DNA of 52,867 nucleotides from a virus. Lineage: Duplodnaviria; Caudoviricetes. Below the pieces are notes generated by a model. It had not been told where the DNA came from. It searched no databases and worked only from the letters and a program-made list of their open reading frames with translations. The DNA lies in the IMG/VR virus record IMGVR_UViG_3300008255_000160, positions 1-52,867 of that record, one strand, 5' to 3'. Shown piece after piece: positions 28,051-38,662 of the stretch; position 1 is the first letter of the stretch, and each line of letters starts with the position of its first letter. Both the position numbers and the translations under genes were made by a program.

Positions 28051-28152
28051 TCAATCGCTCCAATAATTGCGTTCATGTCATATCATAGGACATATTGCAT
28101 CAGCATTGCAGTGCGCATGGATGCAATCGGGTAATTAACTAAGGAGCCCCTT

Positions 28153-28470
28153 ATGAGCAATGACGTACACTCACTCGATTTTGAAGCCCTTGATCCTGAT
28201 GATCTCAAGAAAATCATAAATGGTGTTGCCATAGTGGCATCATATATCATTCAGAAGAAGGACTTTGATGAATCTATCAAAGACACGCTAGAAAGCCTTT
28301 GTATTGAAGTCAAGGCTGAAAAGAAGGCTGGCAGCGAATTAAAAAAATATGTTCGCAAGGCTGCATCTGTATGGGCCAGAAACAAGGTCGATGACATCAG
28401 ATATGAAAATGAAATTGTTGAAATGCTTCTGGACAGTGTGAATAAACATTCAGTCGAAGAAGACGAATAA
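28153..28470 (+). CDS. small helical hypothetical protein, possibly DNA-binding
   Basis: AAGGAG RBS; charged helical sequence. Confidence 0.65.
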   Translation: MSNDVHSLDFEALDPDDLKKIINGVAIVASYIIQKKDFDESIKDTLESLCIEVKAEKKAGSELKKYVRKAASVWARNKVDDIRYENEIVEMLLDSVNKHSVEEDE

Positions 28471-28487
28471 TAGAAAGAACCTAGAGT

Positions 28488-30137
28488 ATGAGTATACAAG
28501 ATAATATTTCACCACGACAACGTGCCATTGAGGCCTTTTACAAATATGGATCATGTAGAGCGGCTGCCCGTGCTTTAGGTATGAGCAAGTCAACAATTGC
28601 AGAACATGTGAAAAATGCAGGTATTGATGCAACGACGGAGAGGAGGAATTCCAATGTAGACGATAATGACAAACCCCTTGTCGCAGGAAGTATTTCTTTT
28701 GAAATGCCGGAAATACGTCCTATTCCTCCCAAAGGTAAGGTCAATCGTTATATTCTGAGTTCTGCACAAAACAACACAACAGTTCACCATCAATTTGTAG
28801 CAAACCTGAAAGCGTATGCAAATGAAATTGATGCAGAACTACTGATTGGCCGATACCAATATAATATTCAGGCATATAGAAAATGGAATGGTTCGGAAAA
28901 ACCGGATGCAACAGATAATAATGCAACAGACGACCATAGATGGTTTGATCCTAATATACGTGAGCAGTTCGCTGATCATTCCATAGAACTTGCTCCGGGA
29001 TTGGTATGGTGTGGTGAAATGCACATTACCCCTACAGCCAAAAATCCATTATCTGGTTTTCAAGATTACAGAGGTTGTAACTCTCTTATCTTCCCATCAA
29101 CCAAAATAGCCATGTCTTCGGTACCAACATCAAAATACGCCGAAGCCAAGCTAATGTATACCACGGGTACAGTCACCCAAAGAAACTACACCAAGACAAA
29201 AACAGGATATAGTGGAAGTTGGCACCACGTATATGGTGCATTGATTGTCGAAGTGGATAGTGATGGTGATTGGTTTGTTCGTCAATTGTCAGCAGTTGAT
29301 AAAGATGGTTCGTTCCAAGACCTTAATACCATTGTACAAAATGGTAAAGTCTATAAGGATGATGCTGATGTTGATATTCTTACACCCGGTGACATACATG
29401 TTGACGAATTACCAACAAAGTACAGGGAAGCTTTAAACAACATTATTGATGAACTGGTTCCAAACGAACTTCATCTTCATGATTGTCTGGATTTTAGTTC
29501 AAGATCACATCATGATATGAAAGATCATCATAAAAAATTTCAAAAACATAAAACAAACAGAGAAAGTATTGAAGACGAGTTACGCGAAGTAGTTAAATTC
29601 TTCAATGAAGTTTCCCGTGAAAACATGCAAATTATTGTGGTACATTCAAATCATGATGATCATCTCCGGCGTTGGTTGCGTGATAGACCTGATGCATACG
29701 CAACCGATCCCGTAAACGCGTTGATCTTTCTGAAATTGCAAAAACGCATCTATGAAGCCATTTCAGAGAATGATACCTATTTTCACTTGTTTGAATACGT
29801 AATGAAAGATATGGGTGCAAACGAAGAAATCCGGTTTTTGCGTCCGGATGAATCATATATTAGTCATGATATCGAGTGTGGACTTCATGGTGATAACGGC
29901 CCTAATGGATCAAGGGGATCAATCGGTAATCTTTCCAAAAATGGAAACAAGGTTACAATTGGGCACAGTCATACAGCAGGAATTATGCATGGTGCATATC
30001 AAACTGGTGTCATGGCCGATCTGGATATGGGATACAATACGGGTCCATCAAGTTGGTCACGGTCGCTTGTTGTCACATATCAGAATGGTAAACGTGCAAT
30101 TATCACCATGCGTGATACAAAGTGGAGAGCAAAATGA
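28488..30137 (+). CDS. HTH plus metallophosphoesterase-like protein
   Basis: N-terminal AAARALGMSKSTI; GDIH, HD, SNHD, HGD, GHSH. Confidence 0.82.
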   Translation: MSIQDNISPRQRAIEAFYKYGSCRAAARALGMSKSTIAEHVKNAGIDATTERRNSNVDDNDKPLVAGSISFEMPEIRPIPPKGKVNRYILSSAQNNTTVHHQFVANLKAYANEIDAELLIGRYQYNIQAYRKWNGSEKPDATDNNATDDHRWFDPNIREQFADHSIELAPGLVWCGEMHITPTAKNPLSGFQDYRGCNSLIFPSTKIAMSSVPTSKYAEAKLMYTTGTVTQRNYTKTKTGYSGSWHHVYGALIVEVDSDGDWFVRQLSAVDKDGSFQDLNTIVQNGKVYKDDADVDILTPGDIHVDELPTKYREALNNIIDELVPNELHLHDCLDFSSRSHHDMKDHHKKFQKHKTNRESIEDELREVVKFFNEVSRENMQIIVVHSNHDDHLRRWLRDRPDAYATDPVNALIFLKLQKRIYEAISENDTYFHLFEYVMKDMGANEEIRFLRPDESYISHDIECGLHGDNGPNGSRGSIGNLSKNGNKVTIGHSHTAGIMHGAYQTGVMADLDMGYNTGPSSWSRSLVVTYQNGKRAIITMRDTKWRAK

Positions 30138-30307
30138 AAATTACAATTGAATTAAGTGAAAAAGAAATATCGGAAGCCATCGCTGCATATGTTTCCAGTG
30201 TGTCAAATATTGATATTGGAGATGATCAAACAATAATGATCGACTTTGAAGGAACTCTGACTCCTTTGTTTGAAATTACGAAATCAATAATCATTAACCC
30301 ATCATAA
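30134..30307 (+). CDS. small hypothetical protein
   Basis: MKITIELSEKEI..; ATGA coupling and GGAG RBS. Confidence 0.55.
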   Translation: MKITIELSEKEISEAIAAYVSSVSNIDIGDDQTIMIDFEGTLTPLFEITKSIIINPS

Positions 30308-30320
30308 CGCGAGGTATTAA

Positions 30321-33029
30321 GTGAGTTATGTAGATGCATTCCGGCGCGGAAATACAATTTGTGTATCGGAGCGCAACGAAAAGGGTGTGCGTGTTGTACG
30401 CAATGCACCTGCCCCTTTCTATTTCTATGTCAATGATCCGGATGGACCATTCAAATCAATCTATAACCAAAACCTGAAAAGAGTTTCCAGTAGAACTTAC
30501 CAACAGCATTTATTAAAGATTGAACAATTCCAAGAAGATGATCATCAAACATTTGAATCAGATATAAAAGCTGAATACAGATTCCTTGAGGACAATTACA
30601 ATACAAGCAAACCGCCAAAGTTAAATATTGCAATTCTCGATATTGAAGCAGACCGCGACCGTGAAAAGGGTTTTTCAACCATTGAAAATCCCTATGCTAT
30701 AATAAATGCAATAACGATTGACTGTAAATGGTCAAACACGGCTGTAACCATTGTTGTCAAACCCCCTTCATTGTCCATGGACGAAGCGGTAGCATTGGTT
30801 GAAGATATAGAAAATACCATTGTCGTTGCTACTGAGCGCGAACTATTGTTGATGATGTTGGATGTTCTTGATGATGCTGACATTATCAGTGGGTGGAATA
30901 GTGCATTTTATGACCTTCCCATGATTGTTCAACGCATCAGGGTGTGTCTAGGCAATGAGGACATAAACGATGTTGGTAACCTTGAAGAATATAATGTATC
31001 TGATGAATCTCGTCAGTATTTAAGCAGGTTGTGTTTATTCAATGAAATACCAGTACCAAGGAAAGTTAGCCGATGGGGTGCAGACCATTGGACATTTCAT
31101 CTTTTTGGCAAGGTTCACCTAGATTATCTTGAATTGTATCAAAAATTCACATTCGAAGAATTACACAGTTATGCACTCGATTATATACTTGCGTTGGAAA
31201 TTGATGAAAACAAAGTTGAATACACTGGATCATTGGATGACTTGTGGAAGAATGACTTCTATACTTTCACCCTTTATAATAGACAGGATACAGTTGGACT
31301 AAGCAAGGTAGACGACAAACGTAAGTTTATTACATTGGCCAATGAAATGGCACACACCGCCTGCGTTCCATTAAAAGATACACTAGGATCAGTGACGATT
31401 ATTGAACACGCTATTTTGTGTGAACTTCATAAAAGAAACCGGATAGCTCCAGATAAGTCCCATCAGGACAAGGAAGGAAAGGTTGCTGGTGCATTCGTCA
31501 AGCTGCCAGAAGGCGGAATGTATGAATGGATTACATCCTTTGATATCAATTCTCTGTACCCTTCTGTTATCCGTATGTTGAACATTTCTCCGGAAACAGT
31601 TGTTGGTCAGATGGATTTATCCAGAACCATGATCAAGATCAACAATCTGATTGAATCGAAAAAGGCAAGATCATCAACAGAGGCATGGCATCATTTCACT
31701 GGTGTTCTGGAATACCATGACATTCAGGAAGCTCAGGACGATGAAGTCACATTGATCCTTGAAGATGGTGACAGAATTACACAAACCGGGGCAGAATGGC
31801 GTGATTGGTTCATGAAGAATGAGTTTGCAATCAGTGCTAATGGTACTGTGTTTGATACATCGGAAGAAGGCATTATACCATTCTGTTTGAAAAAATGGTA
31901 TAATGAACGCGTTGAATTCAAAAGGAATGCCAAGGAAGCCATAAAAAATGGTGATGATGCTGCGGCAGAATATTGGGATACTATCCAACAAGCCCGTAAA
32001 CTGTTTTTGAATTCAACATATGGTGCCTTGTTGAACGAATGGTTCAGATTTTATGACACACGGTTTGGTCAATCCGTCACATTGTCTGGCCGTGTTGTTA
32101 CAAAACATATGATACGAAAAGCGTCCGAACTCATAGATGGTAAATACGAATTTGGTAAATCTGCCATATATTCGGATACTGATTCAGTGTATATGACTAT
32201 GACCAAACTTATCAATGATGATATGAAACTGGAAGACATTGTTGCCATAGCGGATGAGATCGGGAAACTGATCAACGAATCATTCCCTGCTGCTATGATG
32301 AATGCCTTTTTTGTACCATATGAAAATGGTGCAGTGATTCAATCTGGTCGTGAAGTTGTTGCTCGTAGAGGCATATTCAAGGATAAAACCAAGAAACGGT
32401 ATGCACTGCATGTATTGGACAACGAAGGTGCACCAAGTGATAAACTAAAAATCATGGGAATGGAAACACAACGGTCTGATACACCAAAATGGATACAACA
32501 ATTCTTAGAAGAATGTCTCAAACTGATTGTCCAAGAGGGCAAAGGGGAAGACAAACTTGTTGAAAAGATTATAAAATTTAGAAAACATTTCTTTGAAAAG
32601 AATGTCTGGGAACTTGGCAGCCCGAAACGGATCAAGAATTTGAAGAATTCTCATAATGAGATGGTGTTATATGAAAACAATTTGAGGGCGGAACGGCCTT
32701 TGATATATTACACCGTGGGTGCTTCCATGAATTTTAATACATATCTGGAATATTTTGATGACAAGGATATTCCTCCGATTCGTGATGGAGACAAGGTGGA
32801 AATCATGTATCTGAATGAAAAGGACTTGACTCACAATCCCTTTGGGTTCAGAAATATTGCCATACCGGTTGGGTTGAAGAACAAAAGTGAATGGATTCAA
32901 AATCTGCCATTCAACGTGAATCGTGCGTATAATAGTCTGGTGACTCAAAAGCTTAATAACATTTTCGACATGTTTGATTGGGAATTTGAACCACCGGATA
33001 CGACAGCAGCAGAGGTTTTTGACTGGTGA
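30321..33029 (+). CDS. polB: family B DNA polymerase with 3'-5' exonuclease
   Basis: LDIE, GWNSAFYD, YNRQD, FDINSLYPS, KLFLNSTYG, YSDTDS, KKRY. Confidence 0.97.
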   Translation: MSYVDAFRRGNTICVSERNEKGVRVVRNAPAPFYFYVNDPDGPFKSIYNQNLKRVSSRTYQQHLLKIEQFQEDDHQTFESDIKAEYRFLEDNYNTSKPPKLNIAILDIEADRDREKGFSTIENPYAIINAITIDCKWSNTAVTIVVKPPSLSMDEAVALVEDIENTIVVATERELLLMMLDVLDDADIISGWNSAFYDLPMIVQRIRVCLGNEDINDVGNLEEYNVSDESRQYLSRLCLFNEIPVPRKVSRWGADHWTFHLFGKVHLDYLELYQKFTFEELHSYALDYILALEIDENKVEYTGSLDDLWKNDFYTFTLYNRQDTVGLSKVDDKRKFITLANEMAHTACVPLKDTLGSVTIIEHAILCELHKRNRIAPDKSHQDKEGKVAGAFVKLPEGGMYEWITSFDINSLYPSVIRMLNISPETVVGQMDLSRTMIKINNLIESKKARSSTEAWHHFTGVLEYHDIQEAQDDEVTLILEDGDRITQTGAEWRDWFMKNEFAISANGTVFDTSEEGIIPFCLKKWYNERVEFKRNAKEAIKNGDDAAAEYWDTIQQARKLFLNSTYGALLNEWFRFYDTRFGQSVTLSGRVVTKHMIRKASELIDGKYEFGKSAIYSDTDSVYMTMTKLINDDMKLEDIVAIADEIGKLINESFPAAMMNAFFVPYENGAVIQSGREVVARRGIFKDKTKKRYALHVLDNEGAPSDKLKIMGMETQRSDTPKWIQQFLEECLKLIVQEGKGEDKLVEKIIKFRKHFFEKNVWELGSPKRIKNLKNSHNEMVLYENNLRAERPLIYYTVGASMNFNTYLEYFDDKDIPPIRDGDKVEIMYLNEKDLTHNPFGFRNIAIPVGLKNKSEWIQNLPFNVNRAYNSLVTQKLNNIFDMFDWEFEPPDTTAAEVFDW

Positions 33030-33427
33030 AGACGTTTACATATGATCCACAATATATGAAATTCACCATGGGTGACCTGTTGTATGAAAAATGCAGGGAA
33101 CAGGGTTTGACCAATGAGCAAGTCATATCTTATTCAAGTATTTCCCGTGCTGTCTTTTATGACATCCTGAAAGATGTAAGAAGAATGACCCCACAGTCTG
33201 CAATACGTTTGTCTGGGGTCATTGGTTTTGATGGTATAGAATGGATCATGTATCAGGCGTGGAATGACTACGTGGAAGAAAAAACCATTTCCCGGTTACA
33301 GGAAGAAGGGTATGCCCGTATTGACGCCAAGGATTACTATTTTCGTAATAGAAAATCCATAATGAGGAATACAGCACAGAATGGAATCAATGATGCGCCC
33401 ATGGGAAATAATAGAACAACTTGGTAA
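33026..33427 (+). CDS. HigA-like HTH protein (orphan antitoxin-like)
   Basis: ISRAVFYDILKDVRRMTPQSAIRLS..EWIMYQAWND. Confidence 0.7.
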   Translation: MKTFTYDPQYMKFTMGDLLYEKCREQGLTNEQVISYSSISRAVFYDILKDVRRMTPQSAIRLSGVIGFDGIEWIMYQAWNDYVEEKTISRLQEEGYARIDAKDYYFRNRKSIMRNTAQNGINDAPMGNNRTTW

Positions 33428-34688
33428 TACTACTAAACGATTGGAAAAAGAACGTATTTTATCCAATGTTCCGGAAGATGGTGAATTCTGGATCGGGGCA
33501 TGGTATGCTTATGATCCATTCACCATGTTTCATATCAAGAAATTACCGGTTATCGAACAGGATGGTCCGGGAACAAGGTGGCCAACCTTTGAAAAACTTG
33601 TCATTGCTTTATCAGAACGGGCCATCACTGGTAATATTGCCCGTGATACTGTTGCTGAATTTGCAAATGCATGCACAATGGAGCAATGGAACAACTGGTA
33701 TAAACGCATATTATCAAAAGATTTGAAATGTGGTGTTGCCGTCAATCTGATTAACAAGATGGCACCGGAACATAGAAAAATCAAAACCTTTGACTGTCAG
33801 TTGGCAACAGATATGGCCAAGGCGACAAAGATACCAACTGATGCGTTCATTGAGGCCAAATATGATGGTACCCGTGCCTTATGGACGATACACAAAGACC
33901 ATGAAACCCGTTGTTTTTCCAGAAATGGAAAAGAGTACAACAATTTTGGTAAAATTGCCGAGGCCATGGACCGGATAAAGACCATGCCCGGTTTTCCTGA
34001 CGAAGGTTTGATGATTGATAGCGAAGTGATTTCAGACGATTTTCAGTCTTTGATGAAACAAGCCAGACGTAAGAAGGATGTTGACTTTCATGGTGTAGCC
34101 ATTGTGTTTGATATTATGCCATTGGATCAATTTTGGGACAGATCATGTGAAGCAATTCTGGAAACTCGTAGAGACGTGCTTGAAAACGTAGTTTCTTATC
34201 TTAAAGACGTGCAACCTGATACACCTGTTGAATTGTCCTATGTGGAAAAGGGTATTAATGCTGTAACAGACGATGATAAAATCATGGAACTGTTTGAAGC
34301 ACAGCTTGTTGCCGGGTTTGAAGGCATTATGATCAAGGATGCCAAATCAACATATGATTTCAAACGTAATATGTCATGGTTGAAATTAAAGCCCACTGAG
34401 ACGTTTGATTTAAAAGTGGTTGATCTGGTAGAGGGAGAGGCCGGATCGAAGTATGAGGGCATGTTGGGGGCATTTGTGGTGGAAGGCGAAGTTGATGGCA
34501 AATTCGTCAAATCAAATGTTGGAAGTGGTATTGATGATGTCACAAGGCACGATATTTGGCAAAATCCTGAACTGGCCATGGAGATGATAGTCGAAATCAA
34601 GGCCGATGCAATCACGATTGCTGAATCATCTGATCACTATTCGCTTCGCTTTCCTCGTTTTATCAGATTCCGTGAGGACAAATCATGA
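33390..34688 (+). CDS. lig: ATP-dependent DNA ligase
   Basis: KYDG, SRNGK, EGIMIK, WLKLK, GSG, SLRFPRF. Confidence 0.96.
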   Translation: MMRPWEIIEQLGNTTKRLEKERILSNVPEDGEFWIGAWYAYDPFTMFHIKKLPVIEQDGPGTRWPTFEKLVIALSERAITGNIARDTVAEFANACTMEQWNNWYKRILSKDLKCGVAVNLINKMAPEHRKIKTFDCQLATDMAKATKIPTDAFIEAKYDGTRALWTIHKDHETRCFSRNGKEYNNFGKIAEAMDRIKTMPGFPDEGLMIDSEVISDDFQSLMKQARRKKDVDFHGVAIVFDIMPLDQFWDRSCEAILETRRDVLENVVSYLKDVQPDTPVELSYVEKGINAVTDDDKIMELFEAQLVAGFEGIMIKDAKSTYDFKRNMSWLKLKPTETFDLKVVDLVEGEAGSKYEGMLGAFVVEGEVDGKFVKSNVGSGIDDVTRHDIWQNPELAMEMIVEIKADAITIAESSDHYSLRFPRFIRFREDKS

Positions 34689-34879
34689 AATACAATATTG
34701 ATCATCTGAAATTCTATGCAAAAGAGAACACCGGTGTTTTTGCTACTGCTATAGATATGGGCGAAAGGGGTTGGGTTACTGCCAAACCAGCCCCTGCACC
34801 CTTTGTTCAAAGATTGAAATGGTCATGGAAAGTCTTGACAGGAGAGTATGGTGTGATAACATGGTCTGATCAAACATAG
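34685..34879 (+). CDS. small hypothetical protein
   Basis: GAGG RBS and ATGA coupling. Confidence 0.6.
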   Translation: MKYNIDHLKFYAKENTGVFATAIDMGERGWVTAKPAPAPFVQRLKWSWKVLTGEYGVITWSDQT

Positions 34880-34888
34880 GAGATCATT

Positions 34889-35221
34889 ATGATCGTCAGT
34901 ACCAAATATGCCATGAGTTTTATTACTGGAAGAACAATGACTAAAATGAAATCACGTGATTTCATTGACATGGTAGTTGCAGTATCACCACATAATTATA
35001 ATGCTGAGGACATTGATGGTTTAATGATCGCCACTATGCATGTTGTTCAGTCCACCATGGAAGCTTACATCAAAGCGTTTCCGAAATACCGCGAAGACAT
35101 CAACAAGTTCAACGAACTTACTGCTGATGGCATCACCAATGAAGCCATCAATGAATTTATTGATTACGCTGAAACAAAATATGGTCCAACAATTGATCTT
35201 CAACCGATTCATTCGGTCTAA
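34889..35221 (+). CDS. hypothetical protein
   Basis: AGGAG RBS. Confidence 0.6.
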   Translation: MIVSTKYAMSFITGRTMTKMKSRDFIDMVVAVSPHNYNAEDIDGLMIATMHVVQSTMEAYIKAFPKYREDINKFNELTADGITNEAINEFIDYAETKYGPTIDLQPIHSV

Positions 35222-36219
35222 AGACCATACAATTCCATTACTAAATCTTCCATTGCCTTATAATCAGGAGTTTCTGGAAGTGGTGATTGATCCACCATCT
35301 CTTCCATCTTGATGATATTTTCGTCAATGATGGTCATCACATCCTGCATTGATCTTTCACCACGCCGGACTGCAAGCAATTCACTTGATGCATTTGGCCG
35401 GGGAAAGGTCATTGTACCATGTTGCAGAAGTTCCTGCACTTGTTCAGACACCCGTAATGAATGCATAACAGCTTTCCAATCCTTTTTATCAGGATTCGAT
35501 GATGCTTTTGCACGTTTACCATAGCTATTCACCACGGCTGTAATAATTTCATAACCATTTTTCAGAGTGGTCGTATATTGAATACCCCTGTTGCATACCC
35601 GTAGCATCGGAATATTGTGAGGATCGTAATCCTTTTCAATATGATCCAATTCGGTTAATGCTTCGATTTCGCTTTCAACATTTTTCAGAAGAGTAATATT
35701 TCCGTGCTTCATCATAAGATCATGAAAAAAGGCTTGTGCCTTTGTAGCTGATTCCAGACGATCCGCTCTTGCACCAAACCGTACAACAACATTACGGCAA
35801 AAACCAACTGCACGATTGATATCACGTGTTACCAATAGGGGCCGCAACTGTTGAACCTTTAGCCAGATTTTATAATCTGTAAGTTCTTGAATCCAATAAT
35901 GATTAGGAGCAAACATTAGTTCTACAGTTGTGATTTCACCTTTGGCTACCAGACTCAGAAACTGGTGCAACGGCATTGAAGTCACATCGTTCCGGTCGTT
36001 TGGCGGGATACTCTTTGCATACCGTAGAGCAATCCTGCTGGTTTCTTGAAAAACAGCATCGGCGTCAATATCACGAAGGGGCGAATTATCGACCTTAACT
36101 CTTTGCATGGCGATATCGGCAGCATTCGGGATGTGAACACCACGGATATCAATATCGCTCCCATCAACAGGGGTGCCGAAAAGGAATGAACCTGCAACTG
36201 TGCCAAAAATAGATTTCAT
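35218..36219 (-). CDS. Pol-beta-superfamily nucleotidyltransferase (T4 NrdC.11/RlaP-like)
   Basis: GSFLFGT..SDIDIRGV, DWKAVMHSLR, FPRP, LPETPD. Confidence 0.85.
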   Translation of the reverse strand: MKSIFGTVAGSFLFGTPVDGSDIDIRGVHIPNAADIAMQRVKVDNSPLRDIDADAVFQETSRIALRYAKSIPPNDRNDVTSMPLHQFLSLVAKGEITTVELMFAPNHYWIQELTDYKIWLKVQQLRPLLVTRDINRAVGFCRNVVVRFGARADRLESATKAQAFFHDLMMKHGNITLLKNVESEIEALTELDHIEKDYDPHNIPMLRVCNRGIQYTTTLKNGYEIITAVVNSYGKRAKASSNPDKKDWKAVMHSLRVSEQVQELLQHGTMTFPRPNASSELLAVRRGERSMQDVMTIIDENIIKMEEMVDQSPLPETPDYKAMEDLVMELYGL

Positions 36220-36249
36220 TATTAGACCATACTGGATTTGTACAAAATG

Positions 36250-36711
36250 TCAAGTCTCATTGTATGGATATTGGATATAACCAATATCTGGATCATGTTG
36301 GCCGAATATGTTTTTTGACTTTTTGAATGGTTCTATCCATCTGTCTGGTTCATAGTCTGTGGTGATGACGCGTTTAATACCAGAGGCAAGAATATTGACA
36401 GCACACCGTGGACAAGGAAACATAGGCCACACAAACAAGGTAGAACCTTTTAGTTTGTATCGTTCGGCTTGTAGAATGGCATTCATTTCTGCATGGACCA
36501 TCAGGTCTCTACGAACTTCATCATTCTCAAGAGAAGTGTCATCATCTGGTATACCAGATGGAAAACCATTATATCCAAACGATACAGGTTTCCTTTCATG
36601 ATCTATAATAACGGCACCAACTTGAACAGAAGGGTCTTTGGACCATGTTGCAACTTCATGTGCCAATTGTAAAAACCTGATATCCCATTTTTGATCGAAC
36701 ATGTCACTCAT
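36250..36711 (-). CDS. dCMP deaminase
   Basis: SKDPSVQVGA, GYNG, HAEMNA, PCPRC. Confidence 0.93.
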   Translation of the reverse strand: MSDMFDQKWDIRFLQLAHEVATWSKDPSVQVGAVIIDHERKPVSFGYNGFPSGIPDDDTSLENDEVRRDLMVHAEMNAILQAERYKLKGSTLFVWPMFPCPRCAVNILASGIKRVITTDYEPDRWIEPFKKSKNIFGQHDPDIGYIQYPYNET

Positions 36712-38315
36712 GATACAAATTGAACTCTATTCTTGAACCATATGGGAAGATACTGTTTGAACTTATTATATTGATATCGTGCGGCATAGTCGATGATGTA
36801 GGTTGATGATTCATCGTTTTCGCTTCTGGTTGCACGTCCACACGCTTGGATGATTTTTTGCCACGTAGCATTTGCGTACCATAGATCATCCAGTTTCATT
36901 TTGGCTTGAACTCGGGCATCTTTCATATTGGCAAAGGGCAATTTTGCTACGATTTGAAATTCAGCCAGACTGCCACGAAGATCAATACCGGTATGCATTG
37001 ACGGAGAAATCAACACGGATGAATCATCGCGGGTAGAATGTATGGCAAAGAGATCACCATTAGAAGTAAATTCCCCTTGTTGTTTGTAAACAAACCTGTC
37101 TTTATGGGATGAATTATTGGCGATCCATTCTGCTGTTTTATAATTACCACTATGAATAATGCCTTTATGTTCAGCATGTTCTTCAAGAATGAAGTCTACG
37201 ATGTCGATCAGTTCGTGTTTAGATGCATTGAAATCATGAAAACCCATTTTGACAACAGGCATCATGATTACAGGTGATTTGGCAGGATCAAAAGGTGTAT
37301 CAACATCAATATATACGGAATCTTCCTCATCAATACCCAATTCATTGATAATTGTTGATTTGTTTCCAAGGGATGCTGACATTATGAAAATTTTTCCAGT
37401 AGGGGATGTTAACCGCTCTGCAAAATATTTGTTGAACAGGTCTCCGGCCAATAGTGGCTGCACTGTGAGTTTTTTACCATCTTCTGACAATTCAGTGACC
37501 CATTCATCAGATGCACTATTGACATACCATTTTATACGTTGGTGATGATTCAATAATGCATTAAGCTTTCTTTGAAGTTTTTGTTGTGCAGGGTCTATTT
37601 CAACTTGTTGCCCTTCTGCATTTAGCTTTTGTTTAAATTTTCGTATTGCAACATTAAAATCATGGCAACGTGTTGAAATTTTATTAGAAATGAAGGAACA
37701 TACGTCTTTTATCGTTTCAAAATCAGTGAAATTCAGGTCAGGATCAACATCAACATCATATGATTGTTTCAATTGAGCTGGTACAATATCAAAGGAAGCA
37801 TGATTAACCAGTGTTTCTTCAAGGACATGTCCTTCGTCGCAAATGGTTATTTCACGGGTATATAGATCGGGGTTGCCCGTTTCTGACAATCCGAGTGCAT
37901 AATTGTAATTTGTTATTAATACCTTGGAAGACATACCGGTATTAAATGCATCATAGTAATCACATCTGCGTTTAATCAGACAAATCTTTTTGGTATCGGC
38001 ATGATTGATACATGGTGCTGAATCGGCCATAAGTGTTGGATTCAAGTTGCATACATATGAATTCTTCCCTTTGAGGGAAGAAACGACATCTGGAAACTCT
38101 TTTTCATATTGGTCTTGCAGTGTTTTAGTTTCGGTGAGTATCCATGTTCGTTCATCAAAATATGATGAAAGTGTCAAAGCTATACCAGATTTACCTACAC
38201 CTGTCGGGGCATTGATCAAAAACACCTTTTTATCAATGTTGTCACTAATGAATTTTAGTATTTCCCGTTGCTGTGGGCGCAGTTCAGGATATGGGAAGTG
38301 ATCAAATATAGACAT
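36708..38315 (-). CDS. DinG/XPD-family helicase
   Basis: Q motif, APTGVGKS, Fe-S-type Cys residues, DEGH, SAS, KLPF, QACGRATR. Confidence 0.9.
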   Translation of the reverse strand: MSIFDHFPYPELRPQQREILKFISDNIDKKVFLINAPTGVGKSGIALTLSSYFDERTWILTETKTLQDQYEKEFPDVVSSLKGKNSYVCNLNPTLMADSAPCINHADTKKICLIKRRCDYYDAFNTGMSSKVLITNYNYALGLSETGNPDLYTREITICDEGHVLEETLVNHASFDIVPAQLKQSYDVDVDPDLNFTDFETIKDVCSFISNKISTRCHDFNVAIRKFKQKLNAEGQQVEIDPAQQKLQRKLNALLNHHQRIKWYVNSASDEWVTELSEDGKKLTVQPLLAGDLFNKYFAERLTSPTGKIFIMSASLGNKSTIINELGIDEEDSVYIDVDTPFDPAKSPVIMMPVVKMGFHDFNASKHELIDIVDFILEEHAEHKGIIHSGNYKTAEWIANNSSHKDRFVYKQQGEFTSNGDLFAIHSTRDDSSVLISPSMHTGIDLRGSLAEFQIVAKLPFANMKDARVQAKMKLDDLWYANATWQKIIQACGRATRSENDESSTYIIDYAARYQYNKFKQYLPIWFKNRVQFVS

Positions 38316-38326
38316 AACTGATAAAT

Positions 38327-38662
38327 TTATCCTAAACGATTCAAAAATTCGTCCATGTCGTCACTTTCTTCATCGGTATCAGATGTGTCAACTGAGTTAA
38401 TAATATCTTCACCATTGATATCAGTTACTTCTATAACTGAAACAGAACCGCCACATTTGGTACAAAAAATTTCCTGCATCATAGTGTCAGTATGAAATAC
38501 TAAATTATTGCATCCTCCAATTATTTCAAGGTAGTCACCGTCTTTGATAACAGTTGCACCACATTTTTCCATACATTTGATAAAGAAGCGTTCTGGGTCA
38601 TGATATTCTCCCACTTTTTCCCAGAATTCATCATTGGGGTCATGATCATCAGTATCAGACAT
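38327..38662 (-). CDS. acidic hypothetical protein, possible Zn ribbon
   Basis: CMEKC..CTKC. Confidence 0.6.
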   Translation of the reverse strand: MSDTDDHDPNDEFWEKVGEYHDPERFFIKCMEKCGATVIKDGDYLEIIGGCNNLVFHTDTMMQEIFCTKCGGSVSVIEVTDINGEDIINSVDTSDTDEESDDMDEFLNRLG

